A program made the translations under genes and the position numbers. A DNA stretch of 63,685 nucleotides, the filler included, from Phoronis australis (lineage: Eukaryota > Animalia > Phoronida), in the NCBI GenBank assembly GCA_002633005.1. It is 6 parts of 6 records of this genome, joined end to end, with 100 filler letters (N's around TTAATTAATTAA, not from the genome) between each part and the next. Parts side by side here need not be neighbours in the genome. Positions count along the whole stretch, not along the records: positions 49,761 to 55,600 come from NMRA01000001.1; positions 55,701 to 59,764 come from NMRA01002720.1; positions 59,865 to 63,685 come from NMRA01000860.1; 3 more parts are not named here. One strand, written 5' to 3'. The notes below the pieces were generated by a model. The model worked only from the letters and a program-made list of their open reading frames with translations, had not been told where the DNA came from and did no database searches. Below, piece after piece: positions 49,950-61,829 of this stretch; the stretch's first letter is position 1; each line of letters opens with the position of its first letter.

Positions 49950-50390
49950 CTCAAACCTCTTTCTACTACTGTTTATTGCGTGAAAAAAGAAATTCTTATT
50001 AACCAATTGCGAGCGGGTTGTACCTCAATTCACAAATATTCTATCATGACTTTGCCACTTATTCTAATAAATATACCTCTGCTTCAATTAATAGTAATGC
50101 TCACTACTTGCTCTCATGCCCCGTGTATGATTCTGAGCGTCAACAGCTCTTTCGCAACCTGCAATCCAACAATAATACATGGTTACATTTTCAATTAGTA
50201 ATAGGCATGAAAAAATAGTTTTCTGTTGTATGGTTGTCACGTAAGTTAAATCACGATTGCAATGCTCTATCACTTAGAAATCTTATTGATTTCATTTTTA
50301 AATGTCAATAAGGAGCTGCATTAATATATACGCTGTAAACCGTGCTATGTTGTTTTTTCCAGCTGAATACTGCGGCAATATTTATATTTA
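49950..50390 (+). mobile_element. Decayed LINE 3' end (CR1-like C-terminal Cys/His motif)
   Basis: QLRAGC... and HYLLSCPVYDSERQQLF resemble the C-terminal motif of non-LTR ORF2; boundaries approximate. Confidence 0.5.
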
Positions 50391-53300
50391 ATGAAAATTA
50401 TGGGTTTATGCAATTCGAAAATTCGCCAGTATGTACAAGCAAATACGTTTACTACAGTTTATGGCTGGGTAATTACACGTGCTCGCACTAAACAAGGCGG
50501 TCATCACAACAACGTCCGACTCCGTCGCCACGCTCGCTTTGCTTCTGATGCCAGCTGCTCCGACTACGGCTGAAGAAGCAGCGGTTAAAAATCCCCGCAA
50601 ATCTTTAGAAATGCGGGTTTTCCTTGCAAGTGAATTATTCAAGGCATGATAAAATAATCAGTTTGATTTTAATTTCATCGGTTTTATTCGCCAAACTCGG
50701 ATCCAGCAACTTAAATTAAATTTACATTGTTTCTTGATCTTAAATATGCATAGTCTCACTGGATTGTGAATATGCAAATGAAGCACTAATTTACAAACAA
50801 CCTCGGGTCCCCCAGTGTGCCGTAAACCATCCTGAAACCAGTTACCATTACTATCTCGCGAAAGTCTTGTTTTGCGAGACTATTTTTATGTAAATGAGCA
50901 TGGTAGTATTTTTTCTTTACCCTAGTGAAAAAAGGCACAGTTTTTATTATTTGTTTATTTCACTATCTAATAACGATTGCATTATATTTAGAAATACTAG
51001 GGTTTCTATGTATTCACAGTGGTGTTTTCTTTAAAACCGCAATTTATTTACAAATTGTTTCTTGTCCTGATTTTTCTTGTACTCACAGTTCTCAGGAAGT
51101 CACTAGGTGGCGATTGCTACAAATTTAAACATTCACGGTTTTAACGAGGCATAGCATATTTAATTGAGACTTGAGGACGGGGCAAAGTACTCAGGGTGAA
51201 GCGTCTTATCCCAGGAATGCCGCTTTTTCCCAACCACAGCACCGACCAAGCTTTAGCCAAAGGGTACTTGTATGTCTGAATACAGAAGTCACGTGGTTTA
51301 CAAATATTGTCAACAACCGCAAAAGGAAAACAAGAGAGCAGTTTTTTTCGGGTGATTAGATCCGCTACAGCCAGATACGCGGCGAGAGCAAGCAGAATGC
51401 TCACGCAACGTAACTCGACAAAAGGGAGACAGTGCATAGAAAAAGTACTGGCCCCAGTTAGGAATTAAACATAAAATTCAGGGCTAATTAATCCGGAACT
51501 TCTGTCGAAAACAATTTTTGATTTAGGCCAATTAAATAAAGATGCAATTCTTTCAGCTAAGCTGACTAAAAAAGAATATCCTTTTGCTCACATCATATAT
51601 AACATCGCTCTCGTAGTATTCTTTATGAAGAACATCGTAACCTTGACCTACTTAAGAAAACGCTTCAGTGTTTATTGGGGTTGGTCAATTCTAATTTTGC
51701 GAAATCGAAAGTAGTGCATTGCCTGTGAATTCAGATTCGGAAACAATTGAAAATGAAGTGAGTGTGGGACCGTCACGTTAAGGAGTGCCAATTTATTTAA
51801 TGCCATATTTTATTATTTCTAGTACTCATAAATGTTTCTCAGTGTTATATCGATATGGTGTACTACTGCGTCTCCTCCGCTATTACACAACTTGAATTGA
51901 CTTTTAATTTTTATTTATGCTCCAAAGGAGTGCGCATTTTGCCTTAAAAATGAGACAAAAACGCCTAGTCTTGAGTGTTTTATCCCAAAAAGGTTAGAGT
52001 TCTGATTCAAGTAAGGGACAGGACGCCTACCCTTGGGGTAGAGTTTCGCTTTGGAACTCATAACAATTATAAATTTCATCATTTAATACAACAGATTTAC
52101 TCATGGCAAATCTGGGTAAAAAGTTGTTAAACAGTAGGAATTTCAAGAAAAGTAAGAAAACCACCAAAAAGTGGGAAAAAGTACGAATCCCTGGTGGCCT
52201 ATGGCAGGTGGTGCGACTAGATGCGATTTTGTACTAAAAGTGGCCACTTAAATTCAAATTGTTTATTTGAGTTCAAGAATAACACTCCACAAAAGTGTTA
52301 GCAAAGACTTCATACATCAAGCAAATACATCAGAGCCAAATAGAAGACTTACACCAGGAATAAGTAAATGAGCTTTCAGTCCTTTTCCTCAATTAAAAAC
52401 AGCTTTTGATATTTGAGTTAGTTCAGAACAACTTTGCAAATTCTGTCTTTAGAGAAACTCTGACAGCAAAGCTACAGTTCTTGATTGAAGTAGTTCTCAA
52501 TAAAAAAGATTATTTTTCAATCTTTAGTTTTGCCTAACACGAGCCTATATCTCAAGAGCCAATGACCCTAAATCATTAAACAGTGACCTTAATCAGGACA
52601 CTTGAAACACAATCAGTTAAGTATGTTTACATTTTACCTTCAATACACATAGGTTTTATGAATTCTTACCATTTTCCTCAATTGTTGCTGTGCAAAACAA
52701 CTGGGGTAACTGCTAAAATTGCTAACAAGCTTTAAAACATCGTCTTTTCTATTGTTACACACACAGTCACAAACACCCACGCACTAGCAAGGTCCAACAA
52801 GAGTTGTCCGGCTAGTATTTAAGTAACTCCATTGAATGGGCCTACGTCAGACAACTATGCCATAATGCTCTAACATGACTTATGTACATGTCTGTGGCTA
52901 AGACACAGTGCAAGAAGGCAAGACAGCCACCAGCAACACATAGCATTACTTTGTAAAACAACACAACACATACTCTAGTATTTTCGTGAGGATTTGACAG
53001 GGACCTCAGGGGTCTCACGCTCCACTGGTTTATATACACTAGTTTGAAAAGGCTTTGCCCAGTCACACATTTTGTGTCATAAAAGAGATAATGATACCTG
53101 AAGCTAACACGGCAAGTAGAACTACTCTCGTTTATCACATCGGTGTAGACTCACATTAGTGGTTTTCTGTTGAGCCCAGACCATCTGGAATTGCTCCATA
53201 TACCAGTTCCCGACAGTCTCTCACGATGATATAGCGTTATGAGGACATGAACACCAATGATCTTGTCATAAAAAGTGTCGGGCAAAATACACAAAACAAG

Positions 53301-53935
53301 GTCAAAAGTGATGAACACATGACCTAGTTGAATGGACATGACTATTTACTCATACTTGAGGGAGCTGTGGTTAACCGCCAAGAGCCAAAGCCAAACACAC
53401 TTTACGTGGACCAAACTCAACAAGATGGCCAATCAACTAGTTTCACCAGAACATATCACTCATTTTGTGAAGCAAAGTGATGATGATTGTTCTAAATTAT
53501 AGGAAGTTACCCAGAGGAGTATCCATGAACCGAGAGATGAAGAGACAAAGTAATGAAGACATGAACATTATGAAGACATGAACATATAAATAAACAAAGA
53601 CATGACTATGCAAATAAATGAAGAAATGAGGAGCTAAACATGTTAAATGAAGAGATCAATGGACAAAGAAATGAACAAAGAGATTAACAGAAAAAAAGAA
53701 AAAATGAAGCCATGAACAGACAAAGAGATGAAGAGCACAGAAGAGGATATGAGAATCAGAAGAAAATTTATGGATACTTAAAATGAAAATGCTTCGCAGC
53801 CCCAAAATATTAGTGATTTGTTCCAATGTACAGAATCTGAATACTACATAGGTGAGTGTAATGCCATCTGAATTGAAGCTGTGAATTGCCAAACAGAAGA
53901 TGGAGGAGTGATGGACGACAGCCCACTATTCCTAT

Positions 53936-55264
53936 TCACTGCGGTAGTGGTGAGTAGGTACGTGACTTTCCTGCTGACGACTTGTGTCCACTGTTGGGAG
54001 GATGTGGCGCTATTGGATCAGTCTCGCTATCCTCATCAGTTCTGTCTCCAGCTTCACAGAAACTGTTACGGAGGATCTGAGCAGCAGCACGGCTGGACTT
54101 GGACGGGCGTTGCGCATTATTTGTCAAGTTATTCAACACTGGTTGATTGTCATTGGTTGAGTTGTTCAACTTGTTCTTATTCTGTGTGTCATAGCTGGTG
54201 ATTGTACCAGCAGTGCTGGAGCTTGAGCGTGATGTGGCTCGTGAGTTATGCAGCAGCTCTCTCAGTTTGTCTTCAGTAAGTGACTCCATCACAGTACCAT
54301 CATCTGCAAGAAGCCATCTATGTTATGAACCATAACATTACAATTACTATATAGTAAGCAAGTGCTACTACAAAGAGGGTCAACTTACAGGATTGATGTA
54401 TAACATGGTAACCTGGAATGAAACTTACAGTGTATATCTATGAGGTGGTAAAATTAAGTGAAACATACAGGGTGGGCGTATGAGGTAGTAAAATGGAGTG
54501 AAATTTACAGTGTGTCTAAGGGGTGGCAGAATGGAGTAAAATATACAGGGTGTACAAATGAGGCAGGACAGCCCCAGTTATTGCTGGTTTGTAGGACATA
54601 CTGCTCAGATTGGGGTGGGCAAAGGGAGGGTGAAAAGGACGGTGAAGGAGGCACAATATATATAAAGAAATGTTCGCTCATGGTATGGATGGATAGATCT
54701 TCATTTTGACAAAGTCTTGATGAACAAAAATGCAGCTGAATATCCATATACCATTACGAGTCGAATGTGTTAAAAGTTCACCAGGTCTCTCAGGCTATGT
54801 GCCTTTTACAGGAAGTCTGTCTGTCAGTCTAAACAAGACTAACGATAGCTTGATACTAAAAATAAAAAACAAAGCTGTTGTGTAACAACAAAAATTACAT
54901 CTGATTGGTAAATAAATCAAAAACAGCTCTTTCATCATGACCACAGTTCCATCAGATATGTCATTGAGTGGGTCAAAGTTCACTCAGTTTATTTTGAGAA
55001 CTACAAACTGAAACAATGTCTTGAATTACCATATCAACAATATGGAGAAAATGATGATATATCTGCAGGCAATCCCTGGCAATATGTTGAAGTCCATATC
55101 ACACCAGCTTACCATGGCTAACACTGTCTTCTATCTCAGAGCGGTACGTATTGACACGGCTACTGGCTATAGAACCTCTGGCCTCAGTTAGTAGTGACTG
55201 AAGCACATCCTCTGACAGTTTAGGAGGGTTCTGAAGTAGCTCTAGTTGAGCAGTGCGCGGAGAT
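53936..55264 (-). CDS. Last two exons of an unidentified gene (low-complexity C-terminus)
   Basis: Exon 55264-55113 (SPRTAQLELLQNPPKLSEDVLQSLLTEAR...SH, donor GTAAGC, phase 1) splices in frame to 54303-53936 (DDGTVMESLTEDKLRELLHNSR...YSPLPQ*). Confidence 0.72.
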
Positions 55265-55600
55265 CTACAACAACAAAACTTTTTGTAAACACACAATGTC
55301 ATATAAAACTGCGATGATATATCCATGTATATCTACATTATTATACGATGTTTTTGGGTTATTTATGGTTTATAATCACACACTGCAATATGCACTGCAA
55401 TCATCACGCCACCTGTTGTGTGATTGTGAGAAACAATGTAATGTGTGAGTACACAGTAAAGTTGTCAGTTTAAACTGCTGCTGGATCTGGGGAACTTGGT
55501 GATAGCAATACACGACTTTCCTCATACATGGAGACTGGTTATTTGAGAATGAAGATGTCTACTGCCTTCTAGCTTCAAAGTGATTAGTTAATTTACAGCA

Positions 55601-55700
55601 NNNNNNNNNNNNNNNNNNNNNNNNNNNNNNNNNNNNNNNNNNNNTTAATTAATTAANNNNNNNNNNNNNNNNNNNNNNNNNNNNNNNNNNNNNNNNNNNN
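55601..55700. other. Artificial contig spacer
   Basis: N-TTAATTAATTAA-N, 100 nt. Confidence 0.97.
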
Positions 55701-56290
55701 TTATTTGACAGCTCAGTCGACTGGATAGGTTGTTTTTTTGGTGTTTTGATGTGGAATTGATTATTTCAAGCACTTTAATGTACAGAGTTTGGAAGATCTT
55801 GTAAAATATAAATCCCTCAAGACTGGCGCTGCAACTGACCAATAATGTGATCTACTAAGTAGCGCTTTGTATCTTCTTCAAAAAATGAAAAATCTCCGAC
55901 CATACTTATAATTATAGCACTTGAATTTACCCATGCCCAGAGTTGTACAATGACACTACACTTTCCTCAGTTTCCAACTGCTGGTTTATAGCCTTGGTAT
56001 TGGCCATTTATGTTGCCTGCCCAGCAGAATACTGGCTGTGGTCTACTTACAATATTATCATAGCCCCCAGTGTTTATAACCATGTTTATAATGGGCCATT
56101 TCATGCTTGATTACTCAAGTTAGTCTCTTGAGAAACATAACATGAGTTGATGCTGGATGGTTTCTTTGAAGGTAATGGCGATTTTATGGTTAACAAACCG
56201 GTGGAGTTGCCCTAACTTGACTGGTGAGGGCGCCAGCGTAGGATTCTTTTAATGCAGTATTATCCTTTTCTGTGAAAGAAGCCTCCCTCA

Positions 56291-57118
56291 TTTTTATGCG
56301 CCCACGTATTTATATGTGGACGCATTATGCCATCATCTCCGTCCGTGCGGCGTCCGGCGTCCGCTGCTCTATCTCCAAAACGCCTTAACGTATGTTCATG
56401 AAATTTTGCACATGTCTTCCTTCTGTGGATGGGACGGCATGAGCGAACTTTCGGACGGATCCGACTACCAGTGTGTCCCCTAGTGTCAATTTTAGTTTTT
56501 ACGTTTACCTCTGTATCTTCAAAAGTCCTAGATGGTGCAAAATACCTCGAATCCATCCAAAAACAGGATGACACTATCATCCTGTTTTTGGATGGATTCG
56601 AGGTATTTTGCACCACCTGGTGGCCATTTTTGCTGTTTTCAAATCTTGTTTTTGACGTCCACCCCTTGATCAACCAAATCATTCTAGGGATGGTTTTGAA
56701 AATTGGTGTACATGTTTTCAGTGTGAAGAGGATGTTTGATGATGGTGAATGACTACTGTGGCGCAACCTAGTGGTAGTTTTGTTTTATTTTGTGCCCACA
56801 GCTGTATCTTCAAAACCCACTACAGGATCTTTATTAAGTTTAGTTAGTGAATTTATATGAAGATAACAGACAATGATTCAGGCGGATCATTGGAACGGAC
56901 GCTGTGCCCACAAGTGGCAATTTCATTTTGTTCTGTTTTCCTTTGTTTCTCTGAAGTTCCGTAACTGATTTTTATGAAATATGGCATGTTCCCGTTTTTG
57001 GATGGATTGTATGTTTTTGCGCCATCTAGAGGCCATTTTTATGATACAAATAACTCTAAAAGCACACCATTTGCAATACATTTGTGGGCGCATTTCAATG
57101 CTTCGCGTTGCTGTTGTT
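56291..57118 (+). mobile_element. Complete Helentron-associated (HINE/DINE-1-like) element
   Basis: 5' subterminal ATGCGCCCAC (56296) with a local hairpin; internal repeats around GCCACCTAGTGG; 3' subterminal GTGGGCGCAT (57084-57093); hairpin CAATGC-TTC-GCGTTG; T-rich flanks. Confidence 0.8.
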
Positions 57119-57294
57119 ATTCTTTGCGATAACTCAATGTTGTATGAAACATTAATAAACCTGATAATCTGAAATACGCTTATGTTCAGGGTGAAATTTT
57201 GACTTGTGCTTGGTGTATGTTAAAGTGGCATTTAACCCTTGCTTTCTGTCAAAAAACATACGTAAGTTGTGATTTATACCACTGTTATAAAGCT

Positions 57295-57835
57295 AGGCCA
57301 CCTAGTGGCAATTTTTTGCCCGTTTACCTTTGTATCTTCAAAGGTCCTCAACGGATTTTCATGAAATTTGGCCCATAGGCATCAATTAGTGAGATGACGC
57401 TATGCTCCTGTTTTTGGAAGGATTTGAGGCATTTTGTGCCACCTAGTGGTCATTTTTATTGTTTTTGAGTCTATTTTGGCGTCTCCCCCTCTATCAACCA
57501 AACCACTCTAAGGGTGATTGTGAAAATTGGGATGTATGTTCTTAGTCTGAAGAGGACGTTTGACAATGGTTTTCCAGTGACTTCGAGTACTGGCACCTCC
57601 TAGTGGGAGTTTTGTTTCTTTGCCCCCTCCTGTTCTTAGAAGTTCCTTGGTGGATTTTTATGAAATTGTGCAAATAGCTTTCTATTAAAAACAATGACAT
57701 CCTCCTGTTTTCGGATGGATTTGACGTATTTTGGGCCATCTAGTGACCATTTTTATGATACAAGTAAACAGCCCTAGAAGCACACCTTTGTGGTGCATTC
57801 ATGGGCGCATTGCAACGCTCCGTGTTGCTCTTGTC
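57295..57835 (+). mobile_element. 5'-truncated HINE-like copy of the same family
   Basis: Same core repeats; 3' TGGGCGCAT (57802-57810) and hairpin GCAACGC-TCC-GTGTTGC. Confidence 0.72.
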
Positions 57836-58810
57836 GTAACAGTCCGTGCCATAAATTGAAACATTTTTTTACATAAAGCGTGGGTTTAATGCTGCTTTAA
57901 TGAATGAAAGCTTGGTATATGTTAACCTTTTTGAAAAACTGTGGCTCTACATTTGTACTGTTACAGATTGACTCTGTTCTTTTCATTTTAGTTTCCACCA
58001 GCTGACAAAGGCACATATACCCCATGGACGGTTGATCTGTGAATGTGTCGTGCTCCGATCAAGAAAATTATTTCTTAGTAAATTCTACTTTACTTTCACT
58101 TGAATTATTTGCCAATTGTGTGATATATATATGAGTGACAGTTATATACATGAGAGTTTTTATATCCTTATATTTTGATGCCTTAAAGGTGATAGTTCTT
58201 GACCTATGATTCTAACAAAGGTGTGAATTGGGCTTGTGTCGATTTGTTTTAAGTGTTAACACCCACTGTGATACAGGTATTTTAATTAAACTTGATAGAA
58301 GTGATATTATTTGGTAGAGATTGACATTTATACCAGTTAGATATAAAAATATAATAAATCTGTACACGACTACTTGAGGTCTATTAGAGAGAGAGATTTA
58401 AAAAGTAAATTTTGAAAGTAAATTAGGTATTGACAAGCAGTGTTCTTCAAATGGCAGCTTAAAGGGGAATTTTCTTCTCACTACCTATGAATGCGAATCA
58501 CAAAGCAAGTTACTTAAAGGCGTAAAATACGTGTAAAAATGTTGACACTATGATAGAAACTCAATTCTATTCCCAAACAGATAACTCAGGGCATGTCATG
58601 GTATGAAACTGTCCTTGTCACTAGGCTGTCCAACTATTCAAAATGGCAGTTGTAGTTCAGCTTGCATTTTTATTTCTTGGAGACATTCAGCTTGTTTCGT
58701 GCTTTTGATGATTGAGCTGTCAGTAAATAAAGGAAACGCCCCTTTAAAACAAGAGCTTTTTCTGTTGTCTTATAGGTTTTACTTATTGGTTGATGAACGT
58801 GGTGGTCTGC

Positions 58811-59258
58811 TACCCGGAATTTCCGTAGATAAGCCCGTGGGCTTGTATTCAGAAAATGAAAATTTTCAGGCGTTTTAGCAACACCAAATAAACGCCCGGG
58901 CATTTATTCGCAAAAAATGGGCGTGTAAATGGAAAGCCATAGTTTTCCTTGACTTGACATTTTTTTACTTAAAACTGCGTTTTTAATTTTTTTGTTAATA
59001 AATGCATAGTTCGCCAACGCCTTGTTTGTTTTTATAAATGATAAATGCTCCACAAAACTGAATTTGTGACAAAAAGTTGAGGCTGGGTGGGCTTTCAAGA
59101 GGAAAATTTACAAATAAACGTCCCATTGTCTGGACACTTAACATCACAAGTTGTAATACCAAATAAACCCCCACAGCGAGTGTGTATTTGGCATAATTTT
59201 CGAATAAACGCCTATGGGTGTTTCATGGGGTGGGCTTATCAACGGAAAACCCCTGGTA
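58811..59258. mobile_element. TA-flanked MITE, third family member
   Basis: TACCCGGAATTTCCGTAGATAAGCCC ... GGGCTTATCAACGGAAAACCCCTGGTA. Confidence 0.72.
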
Positions 59259-59764
59259 CTTTTTTGCGTACTAGTAAAGTCGTAGGCTTTTGATTCAGCA
59301 CATTTCTGGCACACAACCACAGAAACTGGCTCTTTTAATAAATTCACAATACAACGAATTTTGTTGTTTTATTGCTCTGGTCAAAGTGTGAGCCAATTAC
59401 TTCAGGATGGTTTATCCCATTTTATAATAATCCCAAACATGCGTTTTATGTTGTAAATCCGATAAATGGCCCTTTTATTTTATTGTTCTAAAAATTCTTG
59501 ATGTCTTTTCAACCTTTTTCAAAATAACCCATGAAGATCATGAATGGGTTAGAACCAACATGGCGCATCTTTTTTAAGGCTAACGTGTCCTGTGTACATT
59601 GCGATTTCTCGATGATATCCCTGTCTTATCTCTTACCTAGTGTGCAGTTTTGTATGGTTGTAAAACTTTTTGTGAAAATACTCCAACCCCAGGGCTCTCC
59701 TGTAGTGTAGGAGTGTAGGGAAGTGCCACCGACCAACTGGGATGCCAGCATTGTGCTCCGTCAC

Positions 59765-59864
59765 NNNNNNNNNNNNNNNNNNNNNNNNNNNNNNNNNNNN
59801 NNNNNNNNTTAATTAATTAANNNNNNNNNNNNNNNNNNNNNNNNNNNNNNNNNNNNNNNNNNNN
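59765..59864. other. Artificial contig spacer
   Basis: N-TTAATTAATTAA-N, 100 nt. Confidence 0.97.
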
Positions 59865-59934
59865 AGTTCTTGGGTTGCTTAACTTTTGTAGCTTTCGCCT
59901 TGGATATGCTAGAGACGTTAATTTTAAGGGGAAA

Positions 59935-61002
59935 CTCCGTTGTTTTCATACGTTTTTTTTTCCACCAGGAAAATGTTCGCTGCACACACGATGGCCCCCA
60001 GGCACTTTTTACATCGCACTGGATGCTGCAGGCATTCAGGGATGATAGCACATGCTCACAAAAAGTTTCTCATTTCAAAATACAGCAAAATAAAATCAAA
60101 TGAACCATACATATAGGAACACGGAGTTATAATTAACACATACCACGACTCTGGATAAAACTTAGTCAGCAAAACTTGAACAAATCGATGAAAATCTGTC
60201 GCGGTTTGCTCGAGTTTCTCTCAGTTACCGGGTGCCATTTTGAGGAAGTTACGTGAAATTACGCATGTTTGACGAATAATAAGTCCAAGGGACACACATC
60301 TTACAAGTTTCACCCGATACCTTCTCATGCTATTTCATAAGTGTCGCAAGCTAGCGTCACGCGCTTCGCTCAGTCTCGCGCTAACCTTTGCCTACCTTAC
60401 GAGATTCAGTTGACATGCTTTGCGGTTATCGCGCACGCAGTGATAAAATTGGAGTTGTAATTCTTCGCCAAAGTCAACTTAATTCTCACAACTAAGCTTT
60501 ATCAAAGATATGTATAGAAGTAGAAAGGACGACCAATGATGAAAGTAAGCGTTTTTTAAATAATAATTTTAAGTGTAGAATGTATTTTTGACGAGGTGAA
60601 AACTCGAACTCGGTAACCCAAATCCGGTCACGGCCCGTTTAAAATACACTGAAGTAACGAAATGAGTACAGAAAGCGAATGGAAGTATTGTAGCCCCTAT
60701 ATGGCCAACCGAGGGGCTACGTGTTGCCTTCTTAGTAGATGGCCCGCGTTGGTTTGAATGCGCTAAATCTCCCCTTACTCCCAGCTCTCCTAATGTTGTT
60801 TATCCATTTATTCTCAGTAGATGGCCCGCGTTGGTTTGAATGCGCTAAATCTCCCCTTACTCCCAGCTCTCCTAATGTTGTTTATCGATTTTTCACGAAG
60901 TTCTTGGTTTGCAGGAAACACATAAAAACTCAGATTTTTATCTCTCTTGTTGTTTTGGAAGCAGCCAGGAACACAACAAGTGTAAGTTTTCTTCGCGCTC
61001 AT
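59935..61002 (-). pseudogene. Disrupted THAP zinc-finger coding sequence, probably from a DNA transposon
   Basis: N-half MSAKKTYTCCVPGCFQNNKRDKNLSFYVFP...INNIRR...FKPT at ~61002-60820. C-half GHRVCSEHFPGGKK at ~59996-59950. Confidence 0.75.
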
Positions 61003-61688
61003 ACCGCGTATTATGCTTGTTACTATGGCTGCTTTCGGAATCCTGACCACAGCACCCACAATGCACCATTTTAGCCTAATTTCAATATGGCGTCGCTGCA
61101 AATCCGCTATTGCTGGTCGCCGACTTTACCACTACACCATGCAGCGACTGACGTCATCAAGAGTGAAAATAGAATACTTAAATGAGCACGCGCAATAATC
61201 GCATGTTCAGTAAACCGCTTTGTACTGTACTTATACGCTACGAAAAATAAGACACATAATTTCCATAAAAATGATATCTTAATTCAGTGAAATTTTTCTC
61301 TGATGTCCTCTTACTTGTAAATCACCGATCTCCAGTTTGAATGCGGGTATCATGTCGTCAGGATCTTTGACTTGAGAATTATATTCAGTTACCAGTGGTA
61401 ACCTACTTTAGCAGACGATAATTTCCCGGTCGAAGCTTAACGTGAAAAAAACGTGTTTTTAGCTATAATAGTTGGTAAACCTTAATTTATGAATTCAGTT
61501 TGTTTCTATTATATTTAAGTTTTCAATTGGTTCTGAGTAAAAGCATTATTTGACAAAAATAGGTCGGCTTTTCTTAAAAGGTCACGACCTCCGACCCCGG
61601 GCCTCTGACATTGAAAGTAGTTACAAAGCCGTGGAGAGTCAGAAAAGGTAAATCGATTCATTGCAATGTTTCTCGTTTAGTATGTGGT

Positions 61689-61829
61689 ATAAATAGATTA
61701 TTGGCCCTCGTGGATTTTGGAGAATTATAACCCTCGGGGCTAAAGCCCCTCGGGCGATAATTCTCCAAAATCCACTCGGGCTCTAGATAACGGGGGATAA
61801 CGACTTCGCCATGTAATAATCTATATTTA
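61689..61829. mobile_element. Palindromic MITE
   Basis: Ends ATAGATTATT/AATAATCTAT; perfect 19-bp stem GTGGATTTTGGAGAATTAT/ATAATTCTCCAAAATCCAC with inner hairpin GGGGCT-AA-AGCCCC. Confidence 0.7.

Noticed and set aside
51141-51437. 98-aa ORF with a signal-peptide-like N-terminus, or a telomerase RNA candidate
   Set aside because: No homology or splice support for the ORF, and no CTAACCCT-type template on either strand.
56260-56766. 168-aa ORF
   Set aside because: Antisense reading of the non-coding HINE element; no domain.
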